Part shown: positions 17,238 through 26,445 of the stretch, in pieces
Layout: each line of letters starts with the position of its first letter
Numbering within the stretch: the stretch's first letter is position 1
DNA from: an uncultured Candidatus Saccharibacteria bacterium
GTDB taxonomy: Bacteria; Patescibacteriota; Minisyncoccia; Phycocordibacterales; UBA9973
Direction: 5' to 3'
Length of the DNA stretch: 64,000 nt
Assembly: GCA_964450735.1 (NCBI GenBank)
Contig: CAYVDC010000005.1
Span: 22,628 to 86,627 of the forward strand
The notes under the pieces: model-generated
What the model was told of the DNA's origin: nothing
Databases searched by the model: none
What the model saw: the letters and a program-made list of their open reading frames with translations, nothing else
Made by a program: the position numbers and the translations under genes

Positions 17238-17365
17238 AATAATTGGTTTAATGGGTCAAAAAATATGTTGTTTTTAAAGAGATTTTAGCATATTACCATA
17301 TATTTGACATACAGTCAATGGTGTCCTTGAAAAATACCAGCAAGTAGTGTATCGTGTTGGTATAC

Positions 17366-17914
17366 ATGGCAAAAATCACTATTTTCGGATTAGCAGGTAC
17401 TGGCAAAAGTTCTACAGCAAAAGAACTTGCCGGTATTTTAAACTATGAATACCGATCAACCGGAAACATGTTTCGCGAGATGGCCGAAGAAGCAGGCATG
17501 GGGCTCAATGAGTTTGAAATAGTTTGCCAGGCAAATCCAAACCATGACCGAGAACTCGATGCGCGAACAGCTGATTATGGCAAAACGCATGACAATTTTA
17601 TTTTTGAATCTCGATTAGCATGGCATTTTATCCCCGACTCTTTCAAGATCATGCTTGTATGCGGACAAGAAGAGCGCATTAAGCGCGTTGCCGAACGAGA
17701 AAGTAAAACTGTTGAACTCGTCACAGAACAGACCTTGCATAGAGAATCTTCTATATACCGCCGTTTCAAAGAATTTTATGATATCGATGATATTAACGAT
17801 CCAAGCCATTATGACCTCATCGTTGATACTCAAAAAAACAACCTCATGGAAGTTGTTGCATTGATACTCCAGGCTCTGAAAGACCGCGAAATAGTTTCTA
17901 TTCCACAAAAATAG
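17366..17914 (+). CDS. cmk: Cytidylate kinase-like P-loop kinase (short/archaeal-type CMP kinase)
   Basis: IFGLAGTGKSS Walker A; about 180 aa; ORF opens at a GTG at 17354, ATG at 17366 preferred. Confidence 0.6.
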   Translation: MAKITIFGLAGTGKSSTAKELAGILNYEYRSTGNMFREMAEEAGMGLNEFEIVCQANPNHDRELDARTADYGKTHDNFIFESRLAWHFIPDSFKIMLVCGQEERIKRVAERESKTVELVTEQTLHRESSIYRRFKEFYDIDDINDPSHYDLIVDTQKNNLMEVVALILQALKDREIVSIPQK

Positions 17915-18923
17915 GCTCTGGCTCTATCTCAATATCAAACCTCTCCCGCACTTGTTGCTGTATATCAGCCACAAGTGCTTTGAGTTCGTCCGCAGTCGCA
18001 CCGCCTTTGTTGACGATGACCAATGCGTTTCCTGGATAAAGCTGTAAGTTGCCAAATTCTTTTCCTTTGAGTCCAAGCGTGTCGATAAGCCAACCCGCAC
18101 CCACCTTTACCGTCTGTTCATCAACTGGAAAAACAACAGCTTTCTCAAATGAAGCCTTGAGCTCGTTTCCCTTTTCGACAGATACAAATGGATTCTTGAA
18201 GAATGAACCGACGGATGCGATTTCTCGGGGATCAGGGAGTTTGTTTTTGCGAATTTCGATGATTGCTTCGCGAATTTCTTGAAGGGTCGGCTTGGCAATT
18301 CCTTTTTTCTCAAAGTATGAAGCCACGCCAGGATATGCTGGTGCCGTTGCCTCTTTTTTCTCAAGCTGAAAATCGACAGAAACGATAACATAACGATCTT
18401 TGCCCTCTCCTTTAAAAATACTGTTGCGGTACCCAAACTGACAGTCTTCGTTGAGAAAGGTGACAAATCCACCAAGGAGCGTATCGTAGGCATCAAGAGA
18501 GACGATCGTATCGGCAACTTCTGCGCCATACGCTCCGACGTTTTGAACTGGAGTTCCTCCAACAGATCCTGGTATAGCTGAGAGCGCCTCGAGGCCTGTA
18601 TATCCCATGTCTACTGTTCGAGAAACAACACTGTCCCATTCTTCACCTGCACCAAAACGGAAGATCGCCGTATTACCCTCTTCGTGTGTCTTTTCAAAGC
18701 CCGGGATTGCAATCTGAAGTACCAGCGCCTCAAGATTTGGCTCTGCGAAAATTGTATTTGACCCACCGCCAAGCACGACAACGGGGACGGCGTGAGATTC
18801 TGCGAACAAGTACGCATCAGTGATATCCATTTTGTCGGTAATTCGGGCAAAATACCGGGCCTCGGCCTGCATTCGGAATGTGGACAGTCCACTGAGATCT
18901 TTGTTTTCTTCGATCTGTAACAT
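17898..18923 (-). CDS. murB: UDP-N-acetylenolpyruvoylglucosamine reductase MurB
   Basis: VVVLGGGSNTIF FAD-binding motif; C-terminal MurB domain. Confidence 0.9.
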   Translation of the reverse strand: MLQIEENKDLSGLSTFRMQAEARYFARITDKMDITDAYLFAESHAVPVVVLGGGSNTIFAEPNLEALVLQIAIPGFEKTHEEGNTAIFRFGAGEEWDSVVSRTVDMGYTGLEALSAIPGSVGGTPVQNVGAYGAEVADTIVSLDAYDTLLGGFVTFLNEDCQFGYRNSIFKGEGKDRYVIVSVDFQLEKKEATAPAYPGVASYFEKKGIAKPTLQEIREAIIEIRKNKLPDPREIASVGSFFKNPFVSVEKGNELKASFEKAVVFPVDEQTVKVGAGWLIDTLGLKGKEFGNLQLYPGNALVIVNKGGATADELKALVADIQQQVRERFDIEIEPEPIFVE

Positions 18924-18951
18924 ATTGCAATTATATCATATATGATATAAA

Positions 18952-20502
18952 ATGCTACTTATGAACAAAGCGTCACAAGACACAACTACTACCAGCGAAC
19001 AAGAAAAGGTCGGATTTCTGATCAAAAAGCTCCGCGAACAGCGCGGCATGACCCAGGCCGAGTTTGCCAAAGCGCTTGCTACTTCCCAATCCGCAGTCGC
19101 CCGCATGGAATCTGGCGGCCAAAATCTCACTGTGGATCAACTCTCAAAAATCGGCGAGGTTCTTGACCGAAAGATCATGTCTCTTTCAGATGACTCAGTA
19201 GACTTCCAGATCGAAGGCGGACGCAAGCTTTCAGGAACCATTGAAACCAACTTTTCAAAAAACGGCGCCGTTGCACTCATTCCTGCTGCCCTGCTTAACA
19301 AAGGCACAACCATTTTGAATGGTATTCCAAAGATCGAAGAAGTATTTCGGCAAATTGAACTCTTCAAATCTATAGGAGTAGATGTTCAGTGGACCAAAGA
19401 AAATACTTTGAAGATCACTCCTCCAAAGCAATACGACCTCAAGCATATGGACGCTGGCGTAGCCAAGAAAATCCGCGTATCGCTCTATCTCTTTGGCGCA
19501 CTCGGCAAACAGTTGAAGTCTTTTTCTCTTCCCCATTCCGGCGGATGCAAAATGGGCAAACGAACAATCAAGGCGCATGAAGCTGGCCTTCATGAATTGG
19601 GATTGAATATCAAGACAACTGACACTGCATATGAAGTCAGCCACACGAAACTTTCAGGAGGAGAAGTTACTCTCTATGAATCAAGCGACATGGCAACGAT
19701 CAATATTCTTCTCCTTGCTGCGCAAATTCCACAGGAAACAGTAATTCACTTCGCTCAGGCAAACTACATGGTGCAAGATGTATGCTTCTTCCTCCAGGAA
19801 CTTGGCGTATCTATAGATGGCGTAGGTTCGAGCACCCTTCGCGTTCGAGGAATAGAAAGCATTACTAAGCCGATCGAATATTGCAACAGCGAAGACCCAA
19901 TTGAATCTATGATGTGGCTTTCTGCTGCAATCGTCACCAAGTCAAAACTTATCATCACTCGCTGCCCTATCGATTTCTTGCGACGAGAGCTTCTTGTTCT
20001 TGAAGACATGGGATTGAAGTTCACTACATCAAAAAAATACTTCTCATTTAATAACAAAACCGTACTTGTTGATATTACGGTTTTGCCTTCAAAGCTCCAC
20101 GCTCCAGAAGACAAGATCACTGCTCAGCCATATCCAGGCATTAACACCGACAACCTGCCATTCTTCGTTCCTATTGTTACTCAGGCAGAAGGAACAACGC
20201 TCATTCACGACTGGATGTGGGAAAATCGCGCGATCTATTTCACTGAGCTCAATCGCCTCGGTGCGCAGGTTACTTTGGCAGATCCGCATCGTGCATTCAT
20301 TACCGGCCCAAGCAAATTAAAAGGCGCACAAGTTGTTTGTCCTCCGGCACTTCGTCCTGCAACAATTATCCTTATCGCCATGCTTGCGGCCGAAGGCACT
20401 TCAACGCTTCGCAACGTGTATTCGATCAAACGCGGCTATGCTGAGATCGCTGAGCGTTTGAACTCAATCGGCGCGAATATTAAAGTCTTGAAAGGAATGT
20501 AA
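18952..20502 (+). CDS. murA: UDP-GlcNAc 1-carboxyvinyltransferase MurA with an in-frame N-terminal XRE-family HTH domain
   Basis: Residues about 20-75 are a Cro/C1-type HTH (LREQRGMTQAEFAKALATSQSAVARMESG); MurA begins at MSLSDDSVDFQIEGGRKLSG; active-site Cys in PHSGGCKMGKR. Confidence 0.85.
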   Translation: MLLMNKASQDTTTTSEQEKVGFLIKKLREQRGMTQAEFAKALATSQSAVARMESGGQNLTVDQLSKIGEVLDRKIMSLSDDSVDFQIEGGRKLSGTIETNFSKNGAVALIPAALLNKGTTILNGIPKIEEVFRQIELFKSIGVDVQWTKENTLKITPPKQYDLKHMDAGVAKKIRVSLYLFGALGKQLKSFSLPHSGGCKMGKRTIKAHEAGLHELGLNIKTTDTAYEVSHTKLSGGEVTLYESSDMATINILLLAAQIPQETVIHFAQANYMVQDVCFFLQELGVSIDGVGSSTLRVRGIESITKPIEYCNSEDPIESMMWLSAAIVTKSKLIITRCPIDFLRRELLVLEDMGLKFTTSKKYFSFNNKTVLVDITVLPSKLHAPEDKITAQPYPGINTDNLPFFVPIVTQAEGTTLIHDWMWENRAIYFTELNRLGAQVTLADPHRAFITGPSKLKGAQVVCPPALRPATIILIAMLAAEGTSTLRNVYSIKRGYAEIAERLNSIGANIKVLKGM

Positions 20503-20503
20503 T

Positions 20504-21694
20504 ATGGCAGTTGAAATTATCCTTGGAATTGAATCATCCTGCGACGATACTGGTATCGCCGTTTTAAAGGCGTCTCCAACTAAAACAAAAACAAATTTTG
20601 AAATTCTTGCAAATGAAATTAGTTCACAAACCAAGCTACATGAACAATATGGCGGCGTATTCCCTGCAATGGCAAAACGCGAACATGCAAAAAACATCGT
20701 TCCGCTTTTTACTGTTGCACTTGATAAAAGCAAACTGCTCAAAAAACGCAAAAAAGTAAAAGAGATAGACCCTAAGGTATTGCAAAAACTTACCAAGCTT
20801 CTCGAACGAGAAGCGGAAATGGTTTCGGTTATTGTTGATTTCGTTCAAACATATGAAAAACCAAAAATTGATAAAATTACTGTAACATCTGGGCCAGGAC
20901 TGGAACCGACATTGTGGGTTGGAATCAATTTTGCCCGAGCACTGGGCTTCCTCTTTGATGTACCGGTTATTCCGACAAACCACATGGAAGGACATATCCT
21001 TTCTGTAGCAATTCCTGAAGAGAAGACCTTTAGTATTTCTAAAGATAGTTTTAATTTCCCGCTAATCTCTCTCTTGGTTTCAGGAGGACACACAGAACTG
21101 GTTTTAGTAAAAGATATTGGCAAATACAAGCTCATAGGCGCAACGCGCGACGATGCAGCAGGCGAAGCATTCGACAAAGTCGCCCGCATGATGGACTTCC
21201 CCTATCCTGGCGGACCAAAGATATCTCAGCTCGCCCATGAAGGCCGCACAACGCTGGCATTTTCAGAATTCTCCTTCCCTCGTCCAATGATCCACTCAGG
21301 AGATCTTGATTTCTCTTTCTCAGGATTAAAAACAGCCGTACTCTACACGCTTCGCGATATGGGCGGCGTACTTTCAGAGAGCCGCAAGAAAGATCTTTCT
21401 CGAGAGTTCGAAGATGCAGTCGTTGAAGTATTGGTTACCAAGACACTGAAAGCCGTTCAGCAGAACAATGCTCGCGCCATAGTAGTTGGCGGCGGCGTAT
21501 CTGCAAACCAATGGCTCCGTTCTGAGCTCATGCGACGAGGAAAAGAATTCAATAAAAACCTTGCAATATATTTCCCAACCAAGCAGCTTTCAACCGACAA
21601 TGCACTTATGATCACCCTCGCTGGCTATTTAAAGTCACTTCGCATAAAAAAATTCCCCCGCACCATAAAGGCGGAGGGAAATTTGAAATTATAG
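20504..21694 (+). CDS. tsaD: tRNA N6-adenosine threonylcarbamoyltransferase TsaD (Kae1/Gcp family) with a lysine-rich insertion
   Basis: GIESSCDDTG and HMEGH metal-binding motifs; about 45-aa K-rich insert before TSGPG. Confidence 0.9.
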   Translation: MAVEIILGIESSCDDTGIAVLKASPTKTKTNFEILANEISSQTKLHEQYGGVFPAMAKREHAKNIVPLFTVALDKSKLLKKRKKVKEIDPKVLQKLTKLLEREAEMVSVIVDFVQTYEKPKIDKITVTSGPGLEPTLWVGINFARALGFLFDVPVIPTNHMEGHILSVAIPEEKTFSISKDSFNFPLISLLVSGGHTELVLVKDIGKYKLIGATRDDAAGEAFDKVARMMDFPYPGGPKISQLAHEGRTTLAFSEFSFPRPMIHSGDLDFSFSGLKTAVLYTLRDMGGVLSESRKKDLSREFEDAVVEVLVTKTLKAVQQNNARAIVVGGGVSANQWLRSELMRRGKEFNKNLAIYFPTKQLSTDNALMITLAGYLKSLRIKKFPRTIKAEGNLKL

Positions 21695-21703
21695 CTAGTT
21701 GTA

Positions 21704-22279
21704 TTATTTGTTTTTAGTGACAGTAAAATAGTGAAGCGAATTGTTTGCAATATCGACTACTCCTCTTTTATCTTGTCTTTTAGAGAACTCTTCGTACGGA
21801 GCTAAAAGAGCATTACCCCACACATCTTTTTTGTTATGGCCTGGGCGTTTAAGAATTAAGGAATTTTTCTCGTTATTCTTATATATGTCAGCGTTGCCGA
21901 AATGATGGATAGCAACACAATATATTTGTTGGTGAATTTCAATTGCACCATTAGCACCTAACAACAAATACTGATGACTTCGATAATCATAATGAATAGT
22001 AGTAGCATTATTTTTTAGCTGCGACCAACTAGAAAAATTCCCGAGTTCCATCTCCCTAAAATCACAGAAAGTAAGATTCTGGTATTGTGCTACTTTTTTC
22101 TCTTGCTCGTGGGCGCTTGCCTCAACCGCAGCAAGTTCATTTTTTATAAATGTAAACGCACTCATAGCATTTCGGGCGATAAAAGCAGAAGCGTGAATGT
22201 TCACATATAACTGCTGAACCCTAGCGGCTTTGGGAACCGAAGTCTCATGGTCATATTCAAGGAAGTATTGCTGTTCCAT
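21704..22279 (-). CDS. Hypothetical protein, AT-rich gene divergent from valS
   Basis: ORF extends to 22381 but that overlaps valS; internal start MEQQYF at 22279 preferred; no motif recognised. Confidence 0.35.
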   Translation of the reverse strand: MEQQYFLEYDHETSVPKAARVQQLYVNIHASAFIARNAMSAFTFIKNELAAVEASAHEQEKKVAQYQNLTFCDFREMELGNFSSWSQLKNNATTIHYDYRSHQYLLLGANGAIEIHQQIYCVAIHHFGNADIYKNNEKNSLILKRPGHNKKDVWGNALLAPYEEFSKRQDKRGVVDIANNSLHYFTVTKNK

Positions 22280-22365
22280 TTTTATGTATTTTTTATTATT
22301 TAAACATGAAAAAAAATTAAAGTCAATTTTGTGGCAGTATAGCGTATATGATATAGTCTTTCTAT

Positions 22366-25143
22366 ATGGAAAACCCTCCAAACATTCCGGAAAAGTTCCT
22401 CAAGGCCTATGATGCTGCGGCTACTGAAAAAGATGTGTATCAGCGCTGGGAAGCCAGCGGCTTTTTTAATCCAGACAAATGCATAGAAGCTGGCGTCACT
22501 GCCCCCGATGCAAAGGCATTCACTATCATGATGCCTCCTCCGAACGTCACCGGCGTTCTTCACATGGGACATGCCATGATGCTCACCCTCGAAGACATTA
22601 TGATCCGATTCAAGCGAATGCAGGGCTACAAGACATTATGGCTTCCAGGAACTGACCACGCCGCAATTGCAACGCAATCAAAAGTAGAAAAAGAAATTCA
22701 AAAAAAAGAAGGCAAGTCTCGCCACGATCTCGGGCGAGAAGAATTGTTGAGCCGAGTGAATGCGTTTGCCCAAGACAGCCACGACACTATTGTCTCGCAG
22801 GTAAAAGTGATGGGCGCATCATGTGACTGGTCACGAGAGGCCTTTACCCTTGATGCTCCTCGCAATCGCGCGGTAAACACCATGTTCAAGAAAATGTACG
22901 ACGATGGATTGATCTATCGCGGACATCGCATCGTCAACTGGGATCCAAAAGGCCAAACAACTATCGCTGACGATGAAATCGTATACGAAGAGCGAAAGTC
23001 AAAGATGTACACATTTAAGTACTCAAAAGACTTCCCTATCTCGATCTCTACTACTCGACCTGAAACAAAGGTTGGTGACTCTGCGGTTGCAGTTCATCCC
23101 GAAGACCCTCGATACCAGGAATTTATCGGAAAAGAGTACGATGCAGTATTCTGCGGAGTTCCAATCCATATCAAAATCATTGCAGATGAATCGGTAGAAA
23201 AAGACTTTGGCACTGGCGCACTCGGCGTTACTCCTGCTCATTCGATGACAGACTGGGAAATCGCTGATCGTCACAACCTTCCACGCAATCCTGTCATCAA
23301 TGAATACGCAAAAATGACCGTTGGTGGAGAGAATATTAAAGGGAAAAAGACGACCGAAGCACGCGAAGTCATTGTTCAATGGTTGCGCGATGAGGGTTTG
23401 CTTGAAAAAGAAGAAGACGTCACTCAAAACATTGGAACTGCTGAACGAACCGGCGGCATTATTGAGCCGTTGCCGAAACTTCAGTGGTTTGTAGACGTAA
23501 ACAAGGAGTTCGAACTTCCTCACTCAAATCTCACCGGAATTCCAAGTGGATCAAAAACTACATTCAAAGAAATCATGCGCAAGACCGTCGAAAGCGGACA
23601 GATCAAAATTCTGCCTGAGTATTTCGACAAAACATATTTCCACTGGATCGACAATTTGCGCGACTGGTGCATCTCACGACAGATTTGGTACGGACACCGC
23701 GTGCCAGTGTGGTATGACGCAGAAAAGAAAGAACATCTTCCAAAAAAGATAACTCTTTTGCTTGCTCGGCACGGGGAAAGCGAAGCTAATGCCAACGACA
23801 TATTTAGCGGCGGCAATTTTGACAGCCCGCTCACTCAAAAAGGAATCGATCAAGCGCATGAACTCGGCAAGAACTGCAAGACAATGAAAATCGACGGCGT
23901 TCTTTCATCGGCAATGAGCCGCAGCAAAGACACTGCGAAGTTTGCTTGCGAGGAACTCGGTATCAATCCTACCTCGGTCATTGAAATTCCTGAACTGCAT
24001 GAAGTTAAAAGCGACATGGACGGAAAGCCGAAGACAAAAGACCACTTCCGATTGAGCCAATTGATTCGTGAAGGAAAGGGAGAAACGATTGAACAAATAA
24101 AAGACCGTGCGGATGCGGCGCTTGCGAAAATTTCTGCCCTCGACGAAGGCACGTATCTCGTTGTTGCTCATAATGCATTCAATGCCTGCCTCCAAGCCCG
24201 CATCATGGGGATGGACGGAGAAAAAATTATTCAGCACTGGGAACATGTTGGTATCCGAGATAATGGCTCGGTAATGGAAGTTACTCTCATTGTTAATCCT
24301 ACTGATCCAGAACTTAAACAAGATGAAGACACGCTCGACACTTGGTTTTCATCTGCTCTTTGGACATTCTCAACCCTCGGATGGCCTGACAAAACAAAAG
24401 ACTTGGAAATCTATCACCCAACCGATGTTCTTGAAACTGGATACGAGATCCTTTTCTTCTGGGTTGCCCGCATGATCCTCATGACTGGCTACGCACTCGG
24501 AGACATTCCATTCCACACCGTATACCTGCACGGTACTGTTCGAGACGGCCAAGGACGCAAAATGTCCAAATCACTCGGCAATGGAATCGATCCGCTCGAC
24601 ATCGCTGCAAAATACGGCGCTGACGCGGGACGTATGGCTCTTGTTGTTGGAACTGCAGCTGGAACTGACTCAAAAATTTCTGAAGACAAAATCAAAGGTT
24701 ACAAGAACTTCTGCAATAAGCTCTGGAACATTACACGATTCATTCTTTCCAACACAGAAAATGTCACTCTCGATGAATCCTTCGGCGCATGGAGCGAACA
24801 AGACACAAAACTGATCGCGGAATTCAATACCATCAAAGCAGAAGTCACCCGAGAATATTCTGAGTACAAATTCCATATCGTTTCTGAAAAATTGTATCAC
24901 TATGCATGGCACAGCCTCGCTGATGTGATACTTGAAGACAGTAAAAAAATATTTACCGAAGGCACCGATGCTGAGAAAGCTTCGCGAGCACAGTTCTTGC
25001 TTGCAACACTCTACGATCTCTTGAAGCTTCTCCATCCGCTCATGCCGTTTGTTACCGAAGAAATTTGGAGTTTGCTTCCTACACAGGGTCGACTCTTAAT
25101 GGTAACAAAGTGGCCTGCATTGGCCGAGCAGCATGAATCCTAA
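22366..25143 (+). CDS. valS: Valyl-tRNA synthetase carrying an inserted histidine-phosphatase domain
   Basis: HIGH motif PNVTGVLHMGHA, KMSKS motif, WYGHRVPVWYD and QDEDTLDTWFSSALW blocks; insert at residues about 458-648 has an RHGESEAN signature; no C-terminal coiled coil. Confidence 0.95.
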   Translation: MENPPNIPEKFLKAYDAAATEKDVYQRWEASGFFNPDKCIEAGVTAPDAKAFTIMMPPPNVTGVLHMGHAMMLTLEDIMIRFKRMQGYKTLWLPGTDHAAIATQSKVEKEIQKKEGKSRHDLGREELLSRVNAFAQDSHDTIVSQVKVMGASCDWSREAFTLDAPRNRAVNTMFKKMYDDGLIYRGHRIVNWDPKGQTTIADDEIVYEERKSKMYTFKYSKDFPISISTTRPETKVGDSAVAVHPEDPRYQEFIGKEYDAVFCGVPIHIKIIADESVEKDFGTGALGVTPAHSMTDWEIADRHNLPRNPVINEYAKMTVGGENIKGKKTTEAREVIVQWLRDEGLLEKEEDVTQNIGTAERTGGIIEPLPKLQWFVDVNKEFELPHSNLTGIPSGSKTTFKEIMRKTVESGQIKILPEYFDKTYFHWIDNLRDWCISRQIWYGHRVPVWYDAEKKEHLPKKITLLLARHGESEANANDIFSGGNFDSPLTQKGIDQAHELGKNCKTMKIDGVLSSAMSRSKDTAKFACEELGINPTSVIEIPELHEVKSDMDGKPKTKDHFRLSQLIREGKGETIEQIKDRADAALAKISALDEGTYLVVAHNAFNACLQARIMGMDGEKIIQHWEHVGIRDNGSVMEVTLIVNPTDPELKQDEDTLDTWFSSALWTFSTLGWPDKTKDLEIYHPTDVLETGYEILFFWVARMILMTGYALGDIPFHTVYLHGTVRDGQGRKMSKSLGNGIDPLDIAAKYGADAGRMALVVGTAAGTDSKISEDKIKGYKNFCNKLWNITRFILSNTENVTLDESFGAWSEQDTKLIAEFNTIKAEVTREYSEYKFHIVSEKLYHYAWHSLADVILEDSKKIFTEGTDAEKASRAQFLLATLYDLLKLLHPLMPFVTEEIWSLLPTQGRLLMVTKWPALAEQHES

Positions 25144-25885
25144 CTTCGCACAGGATCCTCTCACATTTCTCATCGCCCTTACTGGCGGCATGCTGCCGTC
25201 AGTAATTTGGCTATGGTACTGGATCAAGGAAGACGACATCAAGAAGCCGCCGCTCATGCTGGTGGGGCTTACTTTTGTCACCGGAATGCTGATGGTAGTC
25301 CTCGTCGTTCCGCTTGAAAAATTCATGGAAACACGATTTCATGACCAAGCGACGCTCATTGTCATGTGGGCAATCTGCGAAGAAGCTCTCAAGCTTGTTG
25401 CGTTTGGAATTATCGCCTACGCATCTGACTACATCGAAGAACCGATCGACTTCCCCGTCTACTGTATGACAGCGGCGCTTGGATTTGCCGCATTTGAAAA
25501 CACAATGTACCTCATCAAGCCGATTGGAATGCAAGATACGACCATCACGCTTCTCACGACTAACTTGCGATTCCTTGGATCAACACTACTCCACTCAATC
25601 ACTACTGGATTTGTTGGACTAATGATGGGACTTGCCTTCTTTCAGAACAAAACTATTCGATTTGGATCGCTTGTTATCGGCTTTGCACTCGCAGTCGGCT
25701 TGCACTCGGTCTTTAACTTTTTTATAATGAAGAACAACGGAGAAAATTTCCTGCAAGTGTTCGCTGTTCTCTGGGTTGTCTCTATTATCAGCATTCTAGT
25801 ATTTGAAAAAGTTAGACGTATGAGCGAAGCGATGTACATGAAAAGCGTGTACGCCGACCACCGCCGCACCTCTAATAATTCCTAA
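25133..25885 (+). CDS. PrsW-family intramembrane protease-like protein
   Basis: EEALK, FxxxEN (AAFENTMY) and HxxxN (LHSVFN) motifs in a multi-TM protein. Confidence 0.6.
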   Translation: MNPNFAQDPLTFLIALTGGMLPSVIWLWYWIKEDDIKKPPLMLVGLTFVTGMLMVVLVVPLEKFMETRFHDQATLIVMWAICEEALKLVAFGIIAYASDYIEEPIDFPVYCMTAALGFAAFENTMYLIKPIGMQDTTITLLTTNLRFLGSTLLHSITTGFVGLMMGLAFFQNKTIRFGSLVIGFALAVGLHSVFNFFIMKNNGENFLQVFAVLWVVSIISILVFEKVRRMSEAMYMKSVYADHRRTSNNS

Positions 25886-25891
25886 AGCCTT

Positions 25892-26392
25892 ATGACTAAA
25901 AAAAGATCTTTTTTCGAGCGTCTCACTGGCAGCGTCAATCTTGAAGATGAATTCGAAGAAGAAGAAAATCCTGAATTCGAACCGATCGAAAAGAAACCTG
26001 CGCACAGCATCAAGTCCATCACCAGAGAAGAAAAAGACGAGTGGATGGAAGCTGAGGCAGAAGAGGGCCAGCTCACCGTTGATGTATATCAGAACAATAC
26101 TGATCTGTATGTAGAAACAATGGTTGCCGGCGTTCGCCCTGAAGACCTCCACATCAGCATCACTCGAGATATGATCACTATCCGCGGCAAGCGCGAACAG
26201 GCTCGCAAGGTAAACGATGACGACTTCTTTACTCGCGAACTCTACTGGGGTTCATTCTCTCGAACAATCTCACTTCCTGCTGAAGTAGAAGCCGAAGACG
26301 CTGAGGCAATTGAAAAGCACGGCCTTCTCGTCATCCGACTTCCAAAGATCAACAAAGACAAACAAACAAATCTCAAAGTAAAATCAGTCTAA
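25892..26392 (+). CDS. Small heat-shock protein, Hsp20/alpha-crystallin family
   Basis: Alpha-crystallin domain GQLTVDVY...LYVETMVAGVRPEDLHISI...YWGSFSRTISLP...LLVIRLPK. Confidence 0.85.
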   Translation: MTKKRSFFERLTGSVNLEDEFEEEENPEFEPIEKKPAHSIKSITREEKDEWMEAEAEEGQLTVDVYQNNTDLYVETMVAGVRPEDLHISITRDMITIRGKREQARKVNDDDFFTRELYWGSFSRTISLPAEVEAEDAEAIEKHGLLVIRLPKINKDKQTNLKVKSV

Positions 26393-26399
26393 ACAATAC

Positions 26400-26436
26400 A
26401 AAAGAGCGGCGCCTTCGGCGCCGCTCTTTTGTATTT
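26400..26436 (+). terminator. Rho-independent terminator after hsp20
   Basis: AAGAGCGGCGCC-ttcg-GGCGCCGCTCTT followed by a T-run. Confidence 0.75.
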
Positions 26437-26445
26437 AGATCGTTT

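Noticed and set aside
22280-22365. T-box or leader-RNA regulation of valS (and of lysS at 49875-49913)
   Set aside because: Upstream intergenic regions are only about 85 nt and about 40 nt, too short for a T-box; no specifier or antiterminator pattern seen.
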